A DNA stretch of 64,000 nucleotides, from positions 1,024,001 through 1,088,000 of the forward strand of contig OY771506.1 of NCBI GenBank assembly GCA_963674705.1, given 5' to 3'. This document shows positions 28,789-38,534 of the stretch, one piece after another. The notes under the pieces are model-generated. The model was given only the letters and a program-made list of their open reading frames with translations, did not search any database and was not told the origin of the DNA. The stretch's first letter is position 1, and each line of letters starts with the position of its first letter. The DNA comes from Phycisphaeraceae bacterium. GTDB taxonomy: Bacteria; Planctomycetota; Phycisphaerae; Phycisphaerales; Phycisphaeraceae. A program made the translations under genes and the position numbers.

Positions 28789-28817
28789 TTGACGTTCGGT
28801 ACATTTTGGGGTAACTT
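28789..28817 (+). promoter_or_regulatory. Sigma70-like promoter within nested inverted repeats (possible operator)
   Basis: TTGACG-17 bp-TAACTT; GTTCGGTA/TACCGAAC and TTGAACATT/AATGTTCAA inverted pairs at 28776-28848. Confidence 0.55.
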
Positions 28818-28950
28818 TTACCGAACAGATTTTTGAGAGAATGTTCAAGCATGATCAGGCGGAACGTCGAAACAAGGAGCGGTCCGGGGATGGGCCCCAC
28901 AAGATGTTGGGCTTCAGCGAGCTGTTTACCCCAAGGGAGGCGATGCCGCC

Positions 28951-29718
28951 ATGACGATTCCGCTTGTAATGTTAGGACCTGGAGGCGATTACACGACAAC
29001 CCTGAACGTTCGGGGACGGGGTCTGACCCGACAGAGCGGTTCGGAAGTCGCCGGAACGTTAAGCGGCCAGGGGCACGACCCGGAAGGCGATTCGGCCGGT
29101 GGGTACGCCCAGTGGGGTCGCTGGCGGAATCAGGAAGCCGAAGCGGATGCCCCTTATGGGCAGGACAAACCGCGTCGCCAGGAGCCGGACCGCTTCGATC
29201 ATGTGCCGAACCGGTTGCCCACGGATGTGTACACCGAGCGTGGCACACTTCGGGCGGATACGAGCCGGCTGGCAATGATCCGCACGGCTTTGAGCTGGCT
29301 GGCTCATCAGCAACATGCCCTGCTGGCGCTGGCGGGGTTTGTGGCTCCGTTGAGCAGGCAGCAGATGCAGGGCGCTTCGGCGGAAGCCGATCGCTTGACG
29401 AAACAGACAACCACCGCGGCCGCCCCGGTCCGTTTGCCCGGCCCGCCGGCGCCGCCGCCCTACCCCAATATCCCCCTGCCGGCCGGATTGCCGGTGAATG
29501 TGGAGGCGAATCATGAGCATGAACCTCACCCCCAAACAGTTGCACATCCTGACGCGGATACGCGACATCCGTCTATCACGCGGCTATTCGCCGACGATGC
29601 AGGAGCTCGCCGACGAATTGCAGGTCTCCAAGGTCACCGTGTTCGAGCACGTCGAGGCGTTGATCAAAAAAGGCGCGTTGATCAGAAAGCCAAACAAGGC
29701 GCGCTCTTTGGAGGTTAG
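28951..29718 (+). CDS. Possible hypothetical protein upstream of and overlapping lexA (doubtful 3' end)
   Basis: GGAGG 10 nt before ATG; Pro/Gly-rich, no recognisable domain; overlaps lexA by ~200 nt in another frame. Confidence 0.3.
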   Translation: MTIPLVMLGPGGDYTTTLNVRGRGLTRQSGSEVAGTLSGQGHDPEGDSAGGYAQWGRWRNQEAEADAPYGQDKPRRQEPDRFDHVPNRLPTDVYTERGTLRADTSRLAMIRTALSWLAHQQHALLALAGFVAPLSRQQMQGASAEADRLTKQTTTAAAPVRLPGPPAPPPYPNIPLPAGLPVNVEANHEHEPHPQTVAHPDADTRHPSITRLFADDAGARRRIAGLQGHRVRARRGVDQKRRVDQKAKQGALFGG

Positions 29719-30142
29719 TCCCGAGGCGGGCTTGCCGGACGAGCAGCGCAACAGCCGGTTGCCACTGGTCGGGACGATCGCGGCCGGGTTTCCCATCGAA
29801 GCTGTCGAGGAACGTGAGCACCTCGATCTGGAACAACTCTTCATCCAATCGACACACAAGTCCGGCGAAACCTTTGTCCTCAAGGTCCGCGGCGACTCGA
29901 TGATCGACGAGCAAATCCGCGACGGCGACTTCGTCATCTGCGAACAACGCACCAACTACCGCAACGGTCAAACCGTTGTCGCCCTGTTGCATAACGGTGA
30001 AGCGACGCTCAAAAAGTTCTACAAAGAACGCGACGGCAAAATCCGCCTGCAACCGGCGAATGATGCGTTCGAGCCCATCTTCGCAGACCCGCAGGATGTC
30101 ACAATTCAAGGCATCGTGATTGGGGTGGTCAGGGCTTATTGA
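29513..30142 (+). CDS. lexA: SOS repressor LexA
   Basis: LTPKQ...GYSPTMQEL HTH, KARSL, Ala-Gly cleavage site IAAG, GDSM (Ser), ATLKK (Lys); RBS GGAGG. Confidence 0.95.
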   Translation: MSMNLTPKQLHILTRIRDIRLSRGYSPTMQELADELQVSKVTVFEHVEALIKKGALIRKPNKARSLEVSPEAGLPDEQRNSRLPLVGTIAAGFPIEAVEEREHLDLEQLFIQSTHKSGETFVLKVRGDSMIDEQIRDGDFVICEQRTNYRNGQTVVALLHNGEATLKKFYKERDGKIRLQPANDAFEPIFADPQDVTIQGIVIGVVRAY

Positions 30143-30143
30143 G

Positions 30144-30261
30144 TTTTAGCCGCGAATAAACGCTAATAGACGCAAATAAAAAGCAAATGGGAGAGTCCAG
30201 CGTTGGGCTTTCCCATTTTCATTTGATATTCGTGTTAATTGGCGTTCATTCGCGGCTAAAA
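30144..30261. repeat. Palindromic decamer-unit element (same family as 10993-11088)
   Basis: ttttagccgcgaataaacgctaatagacgcaaata ... tattcgtgttaattggcgttcattcgcggctaaaa. Confidence 0.82.
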
Positions 30262-30274
30262 GCTTTGGTCTATC

Positions 30275-31153
30275 ATGTTAGACATGGAAGATGACCGGCC
30301 GATCGGATTGATTGCGGGGGGCGGGCGGCTGCCTGTGTTGGAGGCGGAGGGTATCCGTGCGGCCGGGCGGCGGGTGGTGTGTGTCGGGCTAGGTGGTGGC
30401 CACGATCAGGATTTGCCGGATTTATGCGATCACTTTGCTACAACGGGCGTGCTGCGGCTAGGAAGCTGGGCACGGCGGCTACGACGATGGGGCGCCCAGG
30501 AAGCGATCATGGTCGGCGTGGTTCGCAAGACGCGGATGTATGATCCGGTCGGCATCCTCAAATCGATGCCCGATATGCGGACAATCCGTCTCTGGTATCG
30601 TGTATTGCGACACGACCGCCGAAGCCAGGTGTTGCTCGCGGCGGTGGCGGACGATTTACTCAGCCAGGGAATTGAACTGATCGACACAACACGTTACATC
30701 CCGGAGCACATGGCCGAGGCCGGCGTATTGACCAGGCATCAGCCCAGCGCCAAGCAGATGGCGGACATTACGTTCGGCTGGCCGATCCTGATGCGGATGA
30801 ATGACCTCGACATCGGCCAGGCAATCGCGGTGAAAGATCGTGACGTGATCGCGGTCGAAGCGATTGAAGGCACGGACCGGATGATCGAGCGAGCGGGGAA
30901 TCTGTGTAAGAGCGGCGGCTGGATCCTGCTTAAGGGACCGAAGCCTGACAAAGATCGGCGTTTCGATGTGCCGACGGTTGGTGTGCAGACGATTGAGTCG
31001 CTCAAAGCGGCGGGCGGCGTGTGCCTGGCGATCGCGGCGGGTTCGGTGATCCTGGCGGACAAACCCAAGGTGATTGAAGCGGCGGACGCGGCGGGCATCG
31101 CGATCGTGGGTTTGGAACCCGAAGCGGATCAAAATAAGAACAAGGGCGGATAA
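30275..31153 (+). CDS. lpxI: UDP-2,3-diacylglucosamine diphosphatase, LpxI family
   Basis: IGLIAGGGRLP, DIGQA, AVEAIEGTDRMI.RAG, D.RFDVPTVG. Confidence 0.9.
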   Translation: MLDMEDDRPIGLIAGGGRLPVLEAEGIRAAGRRVVCVGLGGGHDQDLPDLCDHFATTGVLRLGSWARRLRRWGAQEAIMVGVVRKTRMYDPVGILKSMPDMRTIRLWYRVLRHDRRSQVLLAAVADDLLSQGIELIDTTRYIPEHMAEAGVLTRHQPSAKQMADITFGWPILMRMNDLDIGQAIAVKDRDVIAVEAIEGTDRMIERAGNLCKSGGWILLKGPKPDKDRRFDVPTVGVQTIESLKAAGGVCLAIAAGSVILADKPKVIEAADAAGIAIVGLEPEADQNKNKGG

Positions 31154-31266
31154 CAGGGATGAACACGGATAAACACAGATGAAGAATCTGTTTCAAGTGA
31201 CATGATGCGCGTCGTCATAGTCATGAAAAACTGCTTTATCCGTGTCCATCTGTGTCCATCCCTGTT
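31152..31266. repeat. Palindromic decamer-unit element (same family as 24550-24633)
   Basis: aacagggatgaacacggataaacacagat ... atccgtgtccatctgtgtccatccctgtt. Confidence 0.82.
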
Positions 31267-31294
31267 TCATATGTATTAATGAAGTTGTTTAATC

Positions 31295-33127
31295 ATGAAT
31301 GAATCTCTGATGATCGGGTTGGCGGCGGTGCTGGTGCTGGGCATTGGTGCGCAGTGGGTGGCATGGCGTATCAAGCTGCCGGCGATCCTTGCGCTGCTGC
31401 TGTTCGGCTTTCTGGCCGGACCAGTGCCGGAGGCGGTGTACGGCAAGAAGTGGCTGGATCCGGATGATCTTTTTGGCAAAGTGTTGTTCCCGATCGTGTC
31501 GCTGTCGGTCGCGGTGATCCTGTTCGAAGGCGGATTGACGCTGAAGTTCCGCGAGTTGAAACAGATCGGCGGTGCGGTGCGAAACCTGGTGAGTATCGGG
31601 ATCGTCACGACGTGGCTGCTGATCACAGGAGCGGCCCACCTGCTCTTGGACTTCGATCTACGGTTATCTTTGCTGATCGGTGCGATTTTTACGGTGACCG
31701 GGCCGACGGTGATCGGGCCATTGCTTCGACAGGTCAGACCGAGCGGACAACTCGGGCCCGTCTTGAAGTGGGAAGGCATCCTGTCGGACCCGATCGGTGC
31801 GTTGCTGGCCGTCCTGGTATTTGAATCGATCCTGCCGGGCTCTCACAGCGAGGTCGAGCAGACGCTTGCGGGTGCTTTGCTTGCGGGCGGGCAGGCGCTC
31901 GGAAGTGGATTTATTGTCGGGATCGCGGGTGCGGCGCTATTGGTATTGATGCTGAACCGATACTGGATCCCGGACTACCTGCAGAGCCCGGTGACGCTTG
32001 GCTTGGTGGTGCTGGCGTTCGAGATCAGTAATCATCTGTATCCCGAGTCGGGCCTGGTGGCGGTGACGTTAATGGGTGTGCTGCTTGCCAATCAACGCTA
32101 CGCATCGGTCGGCCACGTGATCGAATTCAAGGAAAACCTGCGTGTGCTACTGATCTCGTCGTTGTTTATTCTGCTGGCGGCGAGATTAAATGTAGCGGAT
32201 GTGAAGCGGCTGGATTGGGGCGGTTTTGGATTCATGTTGGCGGTGATTCTTGTAGTTCGGCCCGTCTCTGTATTGCTGGCGACATTGAAAGCCGGTCTAT
32301 CGTGGAAAGAGCGGTTGTGGTTAAGCATGGTTGCACCGCGCGGTATCGTCGCGGCGGCGGTGGCATCGATCTTTGCGTTCAGGTTGGTTGACTCGAAGTA
32401 CCCCGGCGCGGACGACCTGGTGCCGGTCACGTTCCTTGTGATCGTGGGCACGATCACGTTCAGCGGACTCGTCGCCGGGCCGATGGCGCGTGTGCTGCAT
32501 CTGGCGAAGATGGACCCGCAGGGCGTTTTGTTTGTGGGGGCGCATGCATGGGCGAGGCAAATTGCCAACACACTTGCAAATGAAGGTTTTAAAGTTGTCA
32601 TGCTCGATACCAACCGCCGAAACATCAACGCGGCGAAGATGGACGGCATCAAGGCGCACGTGGGATCGGTACTTAATGATGAGCTATTAGAGGAGATCGA
32701 TCTGACCGAGGCTCGTCGTGCTCTTGCGCTGACGCCAAATGATGAAGCGAATGCGTTGGCGTCCGTACACCTTGGCGAGTTATTCAGCAGCCAGGATGTC
32801 TACCAGCTCCCGCCGGATCGTTCCGGCGTAATGGATGAAAAGTCATCCAAATCACACGACCTGCACGGTCGATACCTGTTTGGCGACAAGATCACGTTCG
32901 CAGAGTTGACCGCACGATTCGGGACGGGCCAAGCCGTTAAGGTCAGCAAGATCACAGAGTCTTACACTTACGAGACGTTCCGCGAACACTATGGTGACGA
33001 GGCGCTGCCCCTGTTCGTGATTAGCGAAACAGGTTCGTTGTCGCCAATCGTAGCCGGTTCAAAAATCGAGCCCCAACCCGGTCAGAAGTTGGTGAGCCTG
33101 GTACGCGAAATTGATACAAATACGTGA
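31295..33127 (+). CDS. NhaP-type (CPA1) cation:proton antiporter with C-terminal TrkA-N/RCK domain
   Basis: ILFEGGL, VTGPTVI, WEGI..DPIG, APRGIVAAAVAS; about 13 TM; C-terminal Rossmann-like domain. Confidence 0.9.
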   Translation: MNESLMIGLAAVLVLGIGAQWVAWRIKLPAILALLLFGFLAGPVPEAVYGKKWLDPDDLFGKVLFPIVSLSVAVILFEGGLTLKFRELKQIGGAVRNLVSIGIVTTWLLITGAAHLLLDFDLRLSLLIGAIFTVTGPTVIGPLLRQVRPSGQLGPVLKWEGILSDPIGALLAVLVFESILPGSHSEVEQTLAGALLAGGQALGSGFIVGIAGAALLVLMLNRYWIPDYLQSPVTLGLVVLAFEISNHLYPESGLVAVTLMGVLLANQRYASVGHVIEFKENLRVLLISSLFILLAARLNVADVKRLDWGGFGFMLAVILVVRPVSVLLATLKAGLSWKERLWLSMVAPRGIVAAAVASIFAFRLVDSKYPGADDLVPVTFLVIVGTITFSGLVAGPMARVLHLAKMDPQGVLFVGAHAWARQIANTLANEGFKVVMLDTNRRNINAAKMDGIKAHVGSVLNDELLEEIDLTEARRALALTPNDEANALASVHLGELFSSQDVYQLPPDRSGVMDEKSSKSHDLHGRYLFGDKITFAELTARFGTGQAVKVSKITESYTYETFREHYGDEALPLFVISETGSLSPIVAGSKIEPQPGQKLVSLVREIDTNT

Positions 33128-33140
33128 GTATTCAGCGTAC

Positions 33141-33746
33141 TTAGCGGCGGTTGCGGTAAGCGAGCAACGGCAAGCCCAGCAGCGCCAACGTTGCGGGTTC
33201 CGGAATAACCTGAACGCTCATTAGTGAAAAGTCCGGTGCGATACTGTTGCCGTGGTTCGATGGTGGTGCGGCGTTCGAGATAAAGCGCACAACAAGTTGC
33301 CCATCAGATAGCAGCGAGATATCCACCGGCACGGTCACCACGGATGCCGACGAAGGATTGTGCGATATCCCGATAAACGCTGAATCATTCTGTTGGATGC
33401 CGTCAAAGAAGAAGTCGATCGTATCAACCGAATCGAATGAGTCATGGTCGATCAGTCCAATCGTCAGCGTAGCGGAGACGATGTCGGTGATCGGTGCAAG
33501 TGTGGTGTGCGTATAGGTAAACTCGCCGAAGTCGTTGTCGTATCGATCATCACCAAAGAGCACGCCGTTGAATGGATATGATTCCCCTTGGCCAGCCAGA
33601 AAAGTTTCGGAAGACAGGATCGGAGTCTGGCCGTCCAGAAAGTCCTGTTCGCCCAGCAGATCATCATAGGTGACGGCGTTTGCGGTTGTGCCGGCACAAA
33701 TGATCGGGCCAAGTGTTATTGCCATGAATGTGGATAAATGGCGCAT
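33141..33746 (-). CDS. PEP-CTERM sorting domain protein
   Basis: Signal peptide; C-terminal IPEPATLALLGLPLLAYRNRR. Confidence 0.88.
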   Translation of the reverse strand: MRHLSTFMAITLGPIICAGTTANAVTYDDLLGEQDFLDGQTPILSSETFLAGQGESYPFNGVLFGDDRYDNDFGEFTYTHTTLAPITDIVSATLTIGLIDHDSFDSVDTIDFFFDGIQQNDSAFIGISHNPSSASVVTVPVDISLLSDGQLVVRFISNAAPPSNHGNSIAPDFSLMSVQVIPEPATLALLGLPLLAYRNRR

Positions 33747-33950
33747 CGGAATCTTCCTCCATATCTGTATCTAAGTACCTGTCCCCTGCTATGTGATTAG
33801 AAGTGATGTCGGCTCAATAACACGGACAAATTACGTCTGCGCACTTTGTGTGTTTTGAATGAGTGTAGACACAGCGCCGCCTATAAAGTGGCTTGTATCA
33901 GCCTGTAAACGATGGGATTCTCGGGCGGCGTATAGGCGCTATCCCCATGC

Positions 33951-34904
33951 TTATTTGTTGAGTTTCGAGGCGGTGAAGTCGCCGACTTCGTGCGGCAGCC
34001 ACAGCGGCGCGGGCTTGCCGTTGGCGGCTTCATAACCGCACCAAAGTTCGAACCAGTATGCAAGAAACTGATAAGGCTTATAACGCGCGTAATGCTTTTC
34101 GATGCGTGAGTGGAGTTTGGTCGGGTCTTTCGGACGTTTGACGCCGTAGGTCTGGCTGAAGTGGCGGTAGGTTTCGGTGTCGATTGCAAGGCGGTCGTAA
34201 TGACCGAGCAGTTGGCAAACGTTGGCCGCGGCAAAGGGCCCCAGGCCGTGGATTTTCAGCAGCGCCTTGTAGACTTCTTCCGATGTTCTTTCCGGCTGCT
34301 CGAACCAGTCCATATTGATATTGCCGGCTTCAATATCGCGAGCCAGGCGCACGATGCGTTCGGCACGGTAGCCGACTTTACAGTTTGCCTTCAGCCAGTC
34401 GGGGGTAACACTGGCGAGTTGCTTGGTTGTCGGAAAAGCGCCGTGTGTACCGAGTTTTTCACAGAGCAACTTGTTCATACGGACGGTGTTGGCCCACGTG
34501 ACATTGCATCCGGTGATGGTCTTGACGATATCTTCAAACAGTGTCGGAGAACGGAACAGCCGGCCAAACTTCCTGCGCTGTGCGATCGGATGCAGCTTGA
34601 ACCAGTCTCGCAGGTCTTCATCCACGCGCAGCATGCGCTTGACCTGAGACTTGATAGTGTTGCGTTCGGTCGGATTGAGTTTCTTGTCACAGGTAAGGCG
34701 GAGGATGTGGCGGTTGGTTCCGGGCTGACTGATGGTGATGTAAACGCAACGGTTGGGTGCGGTCTGCAGCGGGCGAGAGAATATTTGTGCTCGGGTATCC
34801 CAGAAGTTTGGCGCGAGGATGAAGTAGCCGTAGCTACAGACCGCGGTTTTGAGGTTGAAACCGCGCGGTACAGGGATTGTCAGGATTGAGGCTGGGCGCG
34901 ACAT
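33951..34904 (-). CDS. HhH-GPD superfamily DNA glycosylase
   Basis: RSPTLFEDIVKTI..CN..W, FPT...LA, GYRA, HhH IHGLGPFAAAN, AID. Confidence 0.82.
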   Translation of the reverse strand: MSRPASILTIPVPRGFNLKTAVCSYGYFILAPNFWDTRAQIFSRPLQTAPNRCVYITISQPGTNRHILRLTCDKKLNPTERNTIKSQVKRMLRVDEDLRDWFKLHPIAQRRKFGRLFRSPTLFEDIVKTITGCNVTWANTVRMNKLLCEKLGTHGAFPTTKQLASVTPDWLKANCKVGYRAERIVRLARDIEAGNINMDWFEQPERTSEEVYKALLKIHGLGPFAAANVCQLLGHYDRLAIDTETYRHFSQTYGVKRPKDPTKLHSRIEKHYARYKPYQFLAYWFELWCGYEAANGKPAPLWLPHEVGDFTASKLNK

Positions 34905-34960
34905 TCGTGAATGATGGGCGCTAAGCCGCAAGCGGCTTTACACTTGCCGATTTTGTTACA

Positions 34961-35725
34961 TCAGGATTGTGAAGCGTCGAAGTTGGCGACGGGGCCGTGG
35001 GTATGTTGAAGGCGATGTTCAATGCAGAACAGCCACGATGCGAGCGACTGGCACAACCGTTCACCAAGGTGGCGATACAGGCCGTACTTCTCATCAGCCT
35101 CACGATGGATGGCCTCGGCGTCATAGCCGGAGTTGCTGATCCAATCGGCGAACTGCTTGAGCACGCCGTCGATATCCTGGCGGGTCCACTCGAAGTGATA
35201 CTGGAAAGCGTATGTGAATAGACCAACACGGAAAGCTTGATTCTTGCAGGCATCAGAGCTTGCAAGCAGCGCACCACCGGGTGGCAGTTCGGTGACCTGG
35301 TAGCCGTGGGTATGGAATTGCACGGCTTTCCAAGGGATGCCGCCCATGATGGTGTCGGGGAAGCCGGGACGGAACTGTTTAACGGGGAACCAGCCGATCT
35401 CCGGCTTGTCCATCTTTTCGACTTTACCGCCAAGCGCATGAGCGATGAGCTGTGCACCGAGACAAATGCCGACGATCGGCAGACCGGCCTCATGAGCTTG
35501 CTTGATGTACGCGGCCTCCTGATCGATCCAGGGATACGCTTCGGCCTGATCGATGTCCATAGGCCCCCCCATGCTGACGATACCATCTACCTCATCCAGG
35601 TCCGGGGGGATGGCGTCGCCTGCATAGAGCCGGATCGTGCGCAGCTTGTGGCCATGATCTCGCAGGACCTGGCCGAGGCGTGCAGAGGTTTCCATCGCGT
35701 GGTGTTCGAAGACGACGATCGCCAT
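34961..35725 (-). CDS. Class I glutamine amidotransferase
   Basis: MGGPM, GICLGAQL (Cys nucleophile), EIGW, QYHFE. Confidence 0.9.
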   Translation of the reverse strand: MAIVVFEHHAMETSARLGQVLRDHGHKLRTIRLYAGDAIPPDLDEVDGIVSMGGPMDIDQAEAYPWIDQEAAYIKQAHEAGLPIVGICLGAQLIAHALGGKVEKMDKPEIGWFPVKQFRPGFPDTIMGGIPWKAVQFHTHGYQVTELPPGGALLASSDACKNQAFRVGLFTYAFQYHFEWTRQDIDGVLKQFADWISNSGYDAEAIHREADEKYGLYRHLGERLCQSLASWLFCIEHRLQHTHGPVANFDASQS

Positions 35726-35841
35726 AACGGGCTCCTTGGGTTTGGACCGAGGGATTTTAGCGGATCAGGAGGATGAGGTTTGAATGGCGAACTCGGCCCC
35801 AACATTCAGATCAAAACCAATCGACGACCGATAATCCATTC

Positions 35842-36483
35842 ATGCCTACACCACATGCCCTGATTCTGCATAGCGGCGGCCTGCGGAGCCTGGTGGCGAC
35901 CGCGCTGTCGATCGAAAACGATGATAAGACCCGTTATTCGCTTCTGTTCATCAATGATGGACGAGACAACGAGCAGGCGCGTGTCAACCACGTGCACAAG
36001 CAGGCTGAACGATTCAACCTGTCACGGGTACACGAGTTAGACATCCCGCACTTATTTGGCCACGGCCACGGCAAGGGGCCGGACGGCTCGCCGATCGGGC
36101 CATTGGTTGTGCCGCAAATGCTGCTTGCCGCTCTGGCTAATGCTCGGCTGCAGCAGGCCGGGCGCGTGATCTGGCCGGCATCCTTCAACGCGGACTACAA
36201 GGCTGTCGCCAAGGCCAGCGAGCAAGTGATTCTGGCAGATCAATCGGGAGACTTCGATCTGGGTGATGCCCCGAGGATTGATACCCCCCTGCTTGAGTTG
36301 AGCGACAAGCAGATCATCGAATTGGGCCAGGAGCTTGGGGTGTCGTGGGACCTGTCCTGGTCGTGCCTGGGTTCGGCGGAAATGCCCTGCCGGGCGTGCG
36401 TCGGGTGTCGGCGGCGCAAGTTGGCTTTCCAATCGGCTGGTGTGGTGGACCCGATTGAACGGCCGGCACGTGTGGCGGTGTGA
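35842..36483 (+). CDS. QueC-like (7-cyano-7-deazaguanine synthase family) protein with altered PP-loop
   Basis: LILHSGGLRSLV (canonical SGGxDS), TPLLELS, SWSC-x7-CRACVGCRRR zinc site. Confidence 0.7.
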   Translation: MPTPHALILHSGGLRSLVATALSIENDDKTRYSLLFINDGRDNEQARVNHVHKQAERFNLSRVHELDIPHLFGHGHGKGPDGSPIGPLVVPQMLLAALANARLQQAGRVIWPASFNADYKAVAKASEQVILADQSGDFDLGDAPRIDTPLLELSDKQIIELGQELGVSWDLSWSCLGSAEMPCRACVGCRRRKLAFQSAGVVDPIERPARVAV

Positions 36484-36522
36484 TTAGATAGAGACAAACG
36501 CTGAGCCGCAAACGGCTTGGGA

Positions 36523-37176
36523 TTACCAGCGGTAGTCGTCTTCGCCCTTGATCAGTTCTTCAATCCGTTCATCAATAATAGATTCTCGCTTGTTGAGACG
36601 ATCTTCCAGTTGCTCAAGCAGTTCCGCGATTTTTTCCTTGAGTTTAACCAGGTCGTGCTCGCGTATCTGCTGGCGGATGTCGAAGTGCTCGGTCACTAAT
36701 TCTCGTAATTGAACCTCTTCGATCGCAGCGATTTCATCGTCACCCTTATCAAGTGCTTCGCGCAGACGTTTGGCGCATTCATGTGTTTGACGGCTTAAGG
36801 CCATATCCTCAACCCGCAGATCAAAGCCTTCCGGATCGTACTTGCGCCAAGACATGAATCGGCCGAGGTGCGGAAAGTTTTCGTTAATCACTTGGCCGAC
36901 ACGGTCAGGGTTTTTATCGAGGGCTTGTTGGAGTTTTTCGGCTTTTTCCGGATCAATTTTCTTTAAAACTTCCATGGCTTCAAGCAATTGCTGGGCGTCC
37001 ATGGGCTTGTCTGGACCACGCCAATCGTCACGGCGAGGTCCCATATCATCACGATCACGTTCGCCTTGAGGCGGTGGTCCGCCCGTACGATCATCAGGCC
37101 CGGGCCCCTGGGCGAACGTGAGTACACCCACAGAAGCTATCAACAAGATTATCAGCGGCAGGTTCGCCCACTTCAT
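36523..37176 (-). CDS. Exported helical hypothetical protein in the ECF operon
   Basis: Signal peptide, Gly/Pro/Arg-rich start, coiled-coil C-terminus. Confidence 0.7.
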   Translation of the reverse strand: MKWANLPLIILLIASVGVLTFAQGPGPDDRTGGPPPQGERDRDDMGPRRDDWRGPDKPMDAQQLLEAMEVLKKIDPEKAEKLQQALDKNPDRVGQVINENFPHLGRFMSWRKYDPEGFDLRVEDMALSRQTHECAKRLREALDKGDDEIAAIEEVQLRELVTEHFDIRQQIREHDLVKLKEKIAELLEQLEDRLNKRESIIDERIEELIKGEDDYRW

Positions 37177-37211
37177 TATGTAAACCTTTCGGTCTTATGC
37201 CGGGCAGTTTG

Positions 37212-37808
37212 TTAGAAGAATTCCGGCTCATCCATCAGGGCGAGCGTCGTGTCGTCGTTAAACTGATCGATCTTGAAACGGACGGCGGCGCGATCCATAC
37301 GGTCGTTGGTGCTGAGGCTTTCGTCACCCCATGCATTTTCATTGCTTGCAAGTTCCACACGCAGCGCCAGCACATCCATTTGCTGATCGATCACCGTGTT
37401 GCCGGGCTCATATGCCCGATCGATCTCGGCAAGACCCATTGCGAATGATTCGAACTCGATGGATTCGTCCTGATCCACCTCAGGGATGGTTGGGGTTTCT
37501 ACTTCCCCGGTGTTCGTGTTGTTGGTCGCAATCTGATCGCCGTCCTGTGATTGATTCATCTGAACCATCGTGAACAAGCCAGCGGCAACAACGATTGCGG
37601 CGGCGGCGGCGATGTGCAGCAGGTTCGGGCCGATGCGTGCCAGGACCGGGCGCTGATTGAGCATGGGCGCGGTCTGGTCGTAGATGCGTTTGGCGAGATC
37701 GGGATCGACGGGTGGCGTACCGGCCGAGACCGCTTCATCGAGCAGCGCATCGAACGCCGGATCGGTTTTGGGGTAGTCGGTGTCGTGTTGTGGCTGATGC
37801 GTATCCAT
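37212..37808 (-). CDS. Putative anti-sigma factor (single TM)
   Basis: Directly after the ECF sigma gene; short cytoplasmic N-terminus then IAAAAAIVVAAGLF TM. Confidence 0.65.
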   Translation of the reverse strand: MDTHQPQHDTDYPKTDPAFDALLDEAVSAGTPPVDPDLAKRIYDQTAPMLNQRPVLARIGPNLLHIAAAAAIVVAAGLFTMVQMNQSQDGDQIATNNTNTGEVETPTIPEVDQDESIEFESFAMGLAEIDRAYEPGNTVIDQQMDVLALRVELASNENAWGDESLSTNDRMDRAAVRFKIDQFNDDTTLALMDEPEFF

Positions 37809-37859
37809 CGTCGTCGTCCAATCATGGTCCCGGGCAACGTGCCGGGTTGGTCCGGCCGT

Positions 37860-38534
37860 TCAGGCCGGGGTGGTAGTTTTCTTTTCGTTGCTTCCTTGCG
37901 GGTTATCTTCGCTTTCAGTCATTAACTTCTTCAGTTTCGCCAGGGCTCTGTGGCCCCGGGAGAGTACGGTGCCCAGCGGCTGGTCGAGCGTTTCGGCAAT
38001 CTGGGCGAAACTCAGTCCTGCGCCGTGGCGCAGGTGGATGATTTCCTGGTCGGCCTCACTGAGTTCGCTGATCGCGGCTTGCAGGCGTTGGACCTGTTCA
38101 GCCTTGATCATGGCCTCAGCGGGATCGACTGCCGGGGACGGGCCACCGGAACGGATCGTGAGCTGAGCGGCAGACCAGCCTCCGGTTTGTTCATCCCGGC
38201 CACTTGCGGCCGCAGGCCCCATGTCGGTCGGCACGGCCTGACGCTTTCTGCGTCGCATTTCGTCCCGTAGGCCGTTCATTGCGATCCTGAAAAGCCAGGC
38301 ATCAAATCGGCCGGACTCTTCATATCCCCCTTTATCGCCGATCTTTTTCACGACCTTAACGAATGTTGCCTGTGTCAGTTCCTCGGCTAACTCCTTATCT
38401 CGACAACGATTAAACAGCAATCCATAGACGCGGGGCGTATAGCTTTCCACTAACAACCGCCACGCGGTGGCATCACCCTGGGCCGCCCGTGTAAGCACTT
38501 GTTCTACAGGCACTTCCGGTGTTAGTCGGCCCAT
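37860..38534 (-). CDS. ECF-type RNA polymerase sigma factor
   Basis: GDATAWRLLV, AEELTQATF, FDAWLFRIAMN, LSFAQIAETL..PLGTVLSR..RAL. Confidence 0.93.
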   Translation of the reverse strand: MGRLTPEVPVEQVLTRAAQGDATAWRLLVESYTPRVYGLLFNRCRDKELAEELTQATFVKVVKKIGDKGGYEESGRFDAWLFRIAMNGLRDEMRRRKRQAVPTDMGPAAASGRDEQTGGWSAAQLTIRSGGPSPAVDPAEAMIKAEQVQRLQAAISELSEADQEIIHLRHGAGLSFAQIAETLDQPLGTVLSRGHRALAKLKKLMTESEDNPQGSNEKKTTTPA

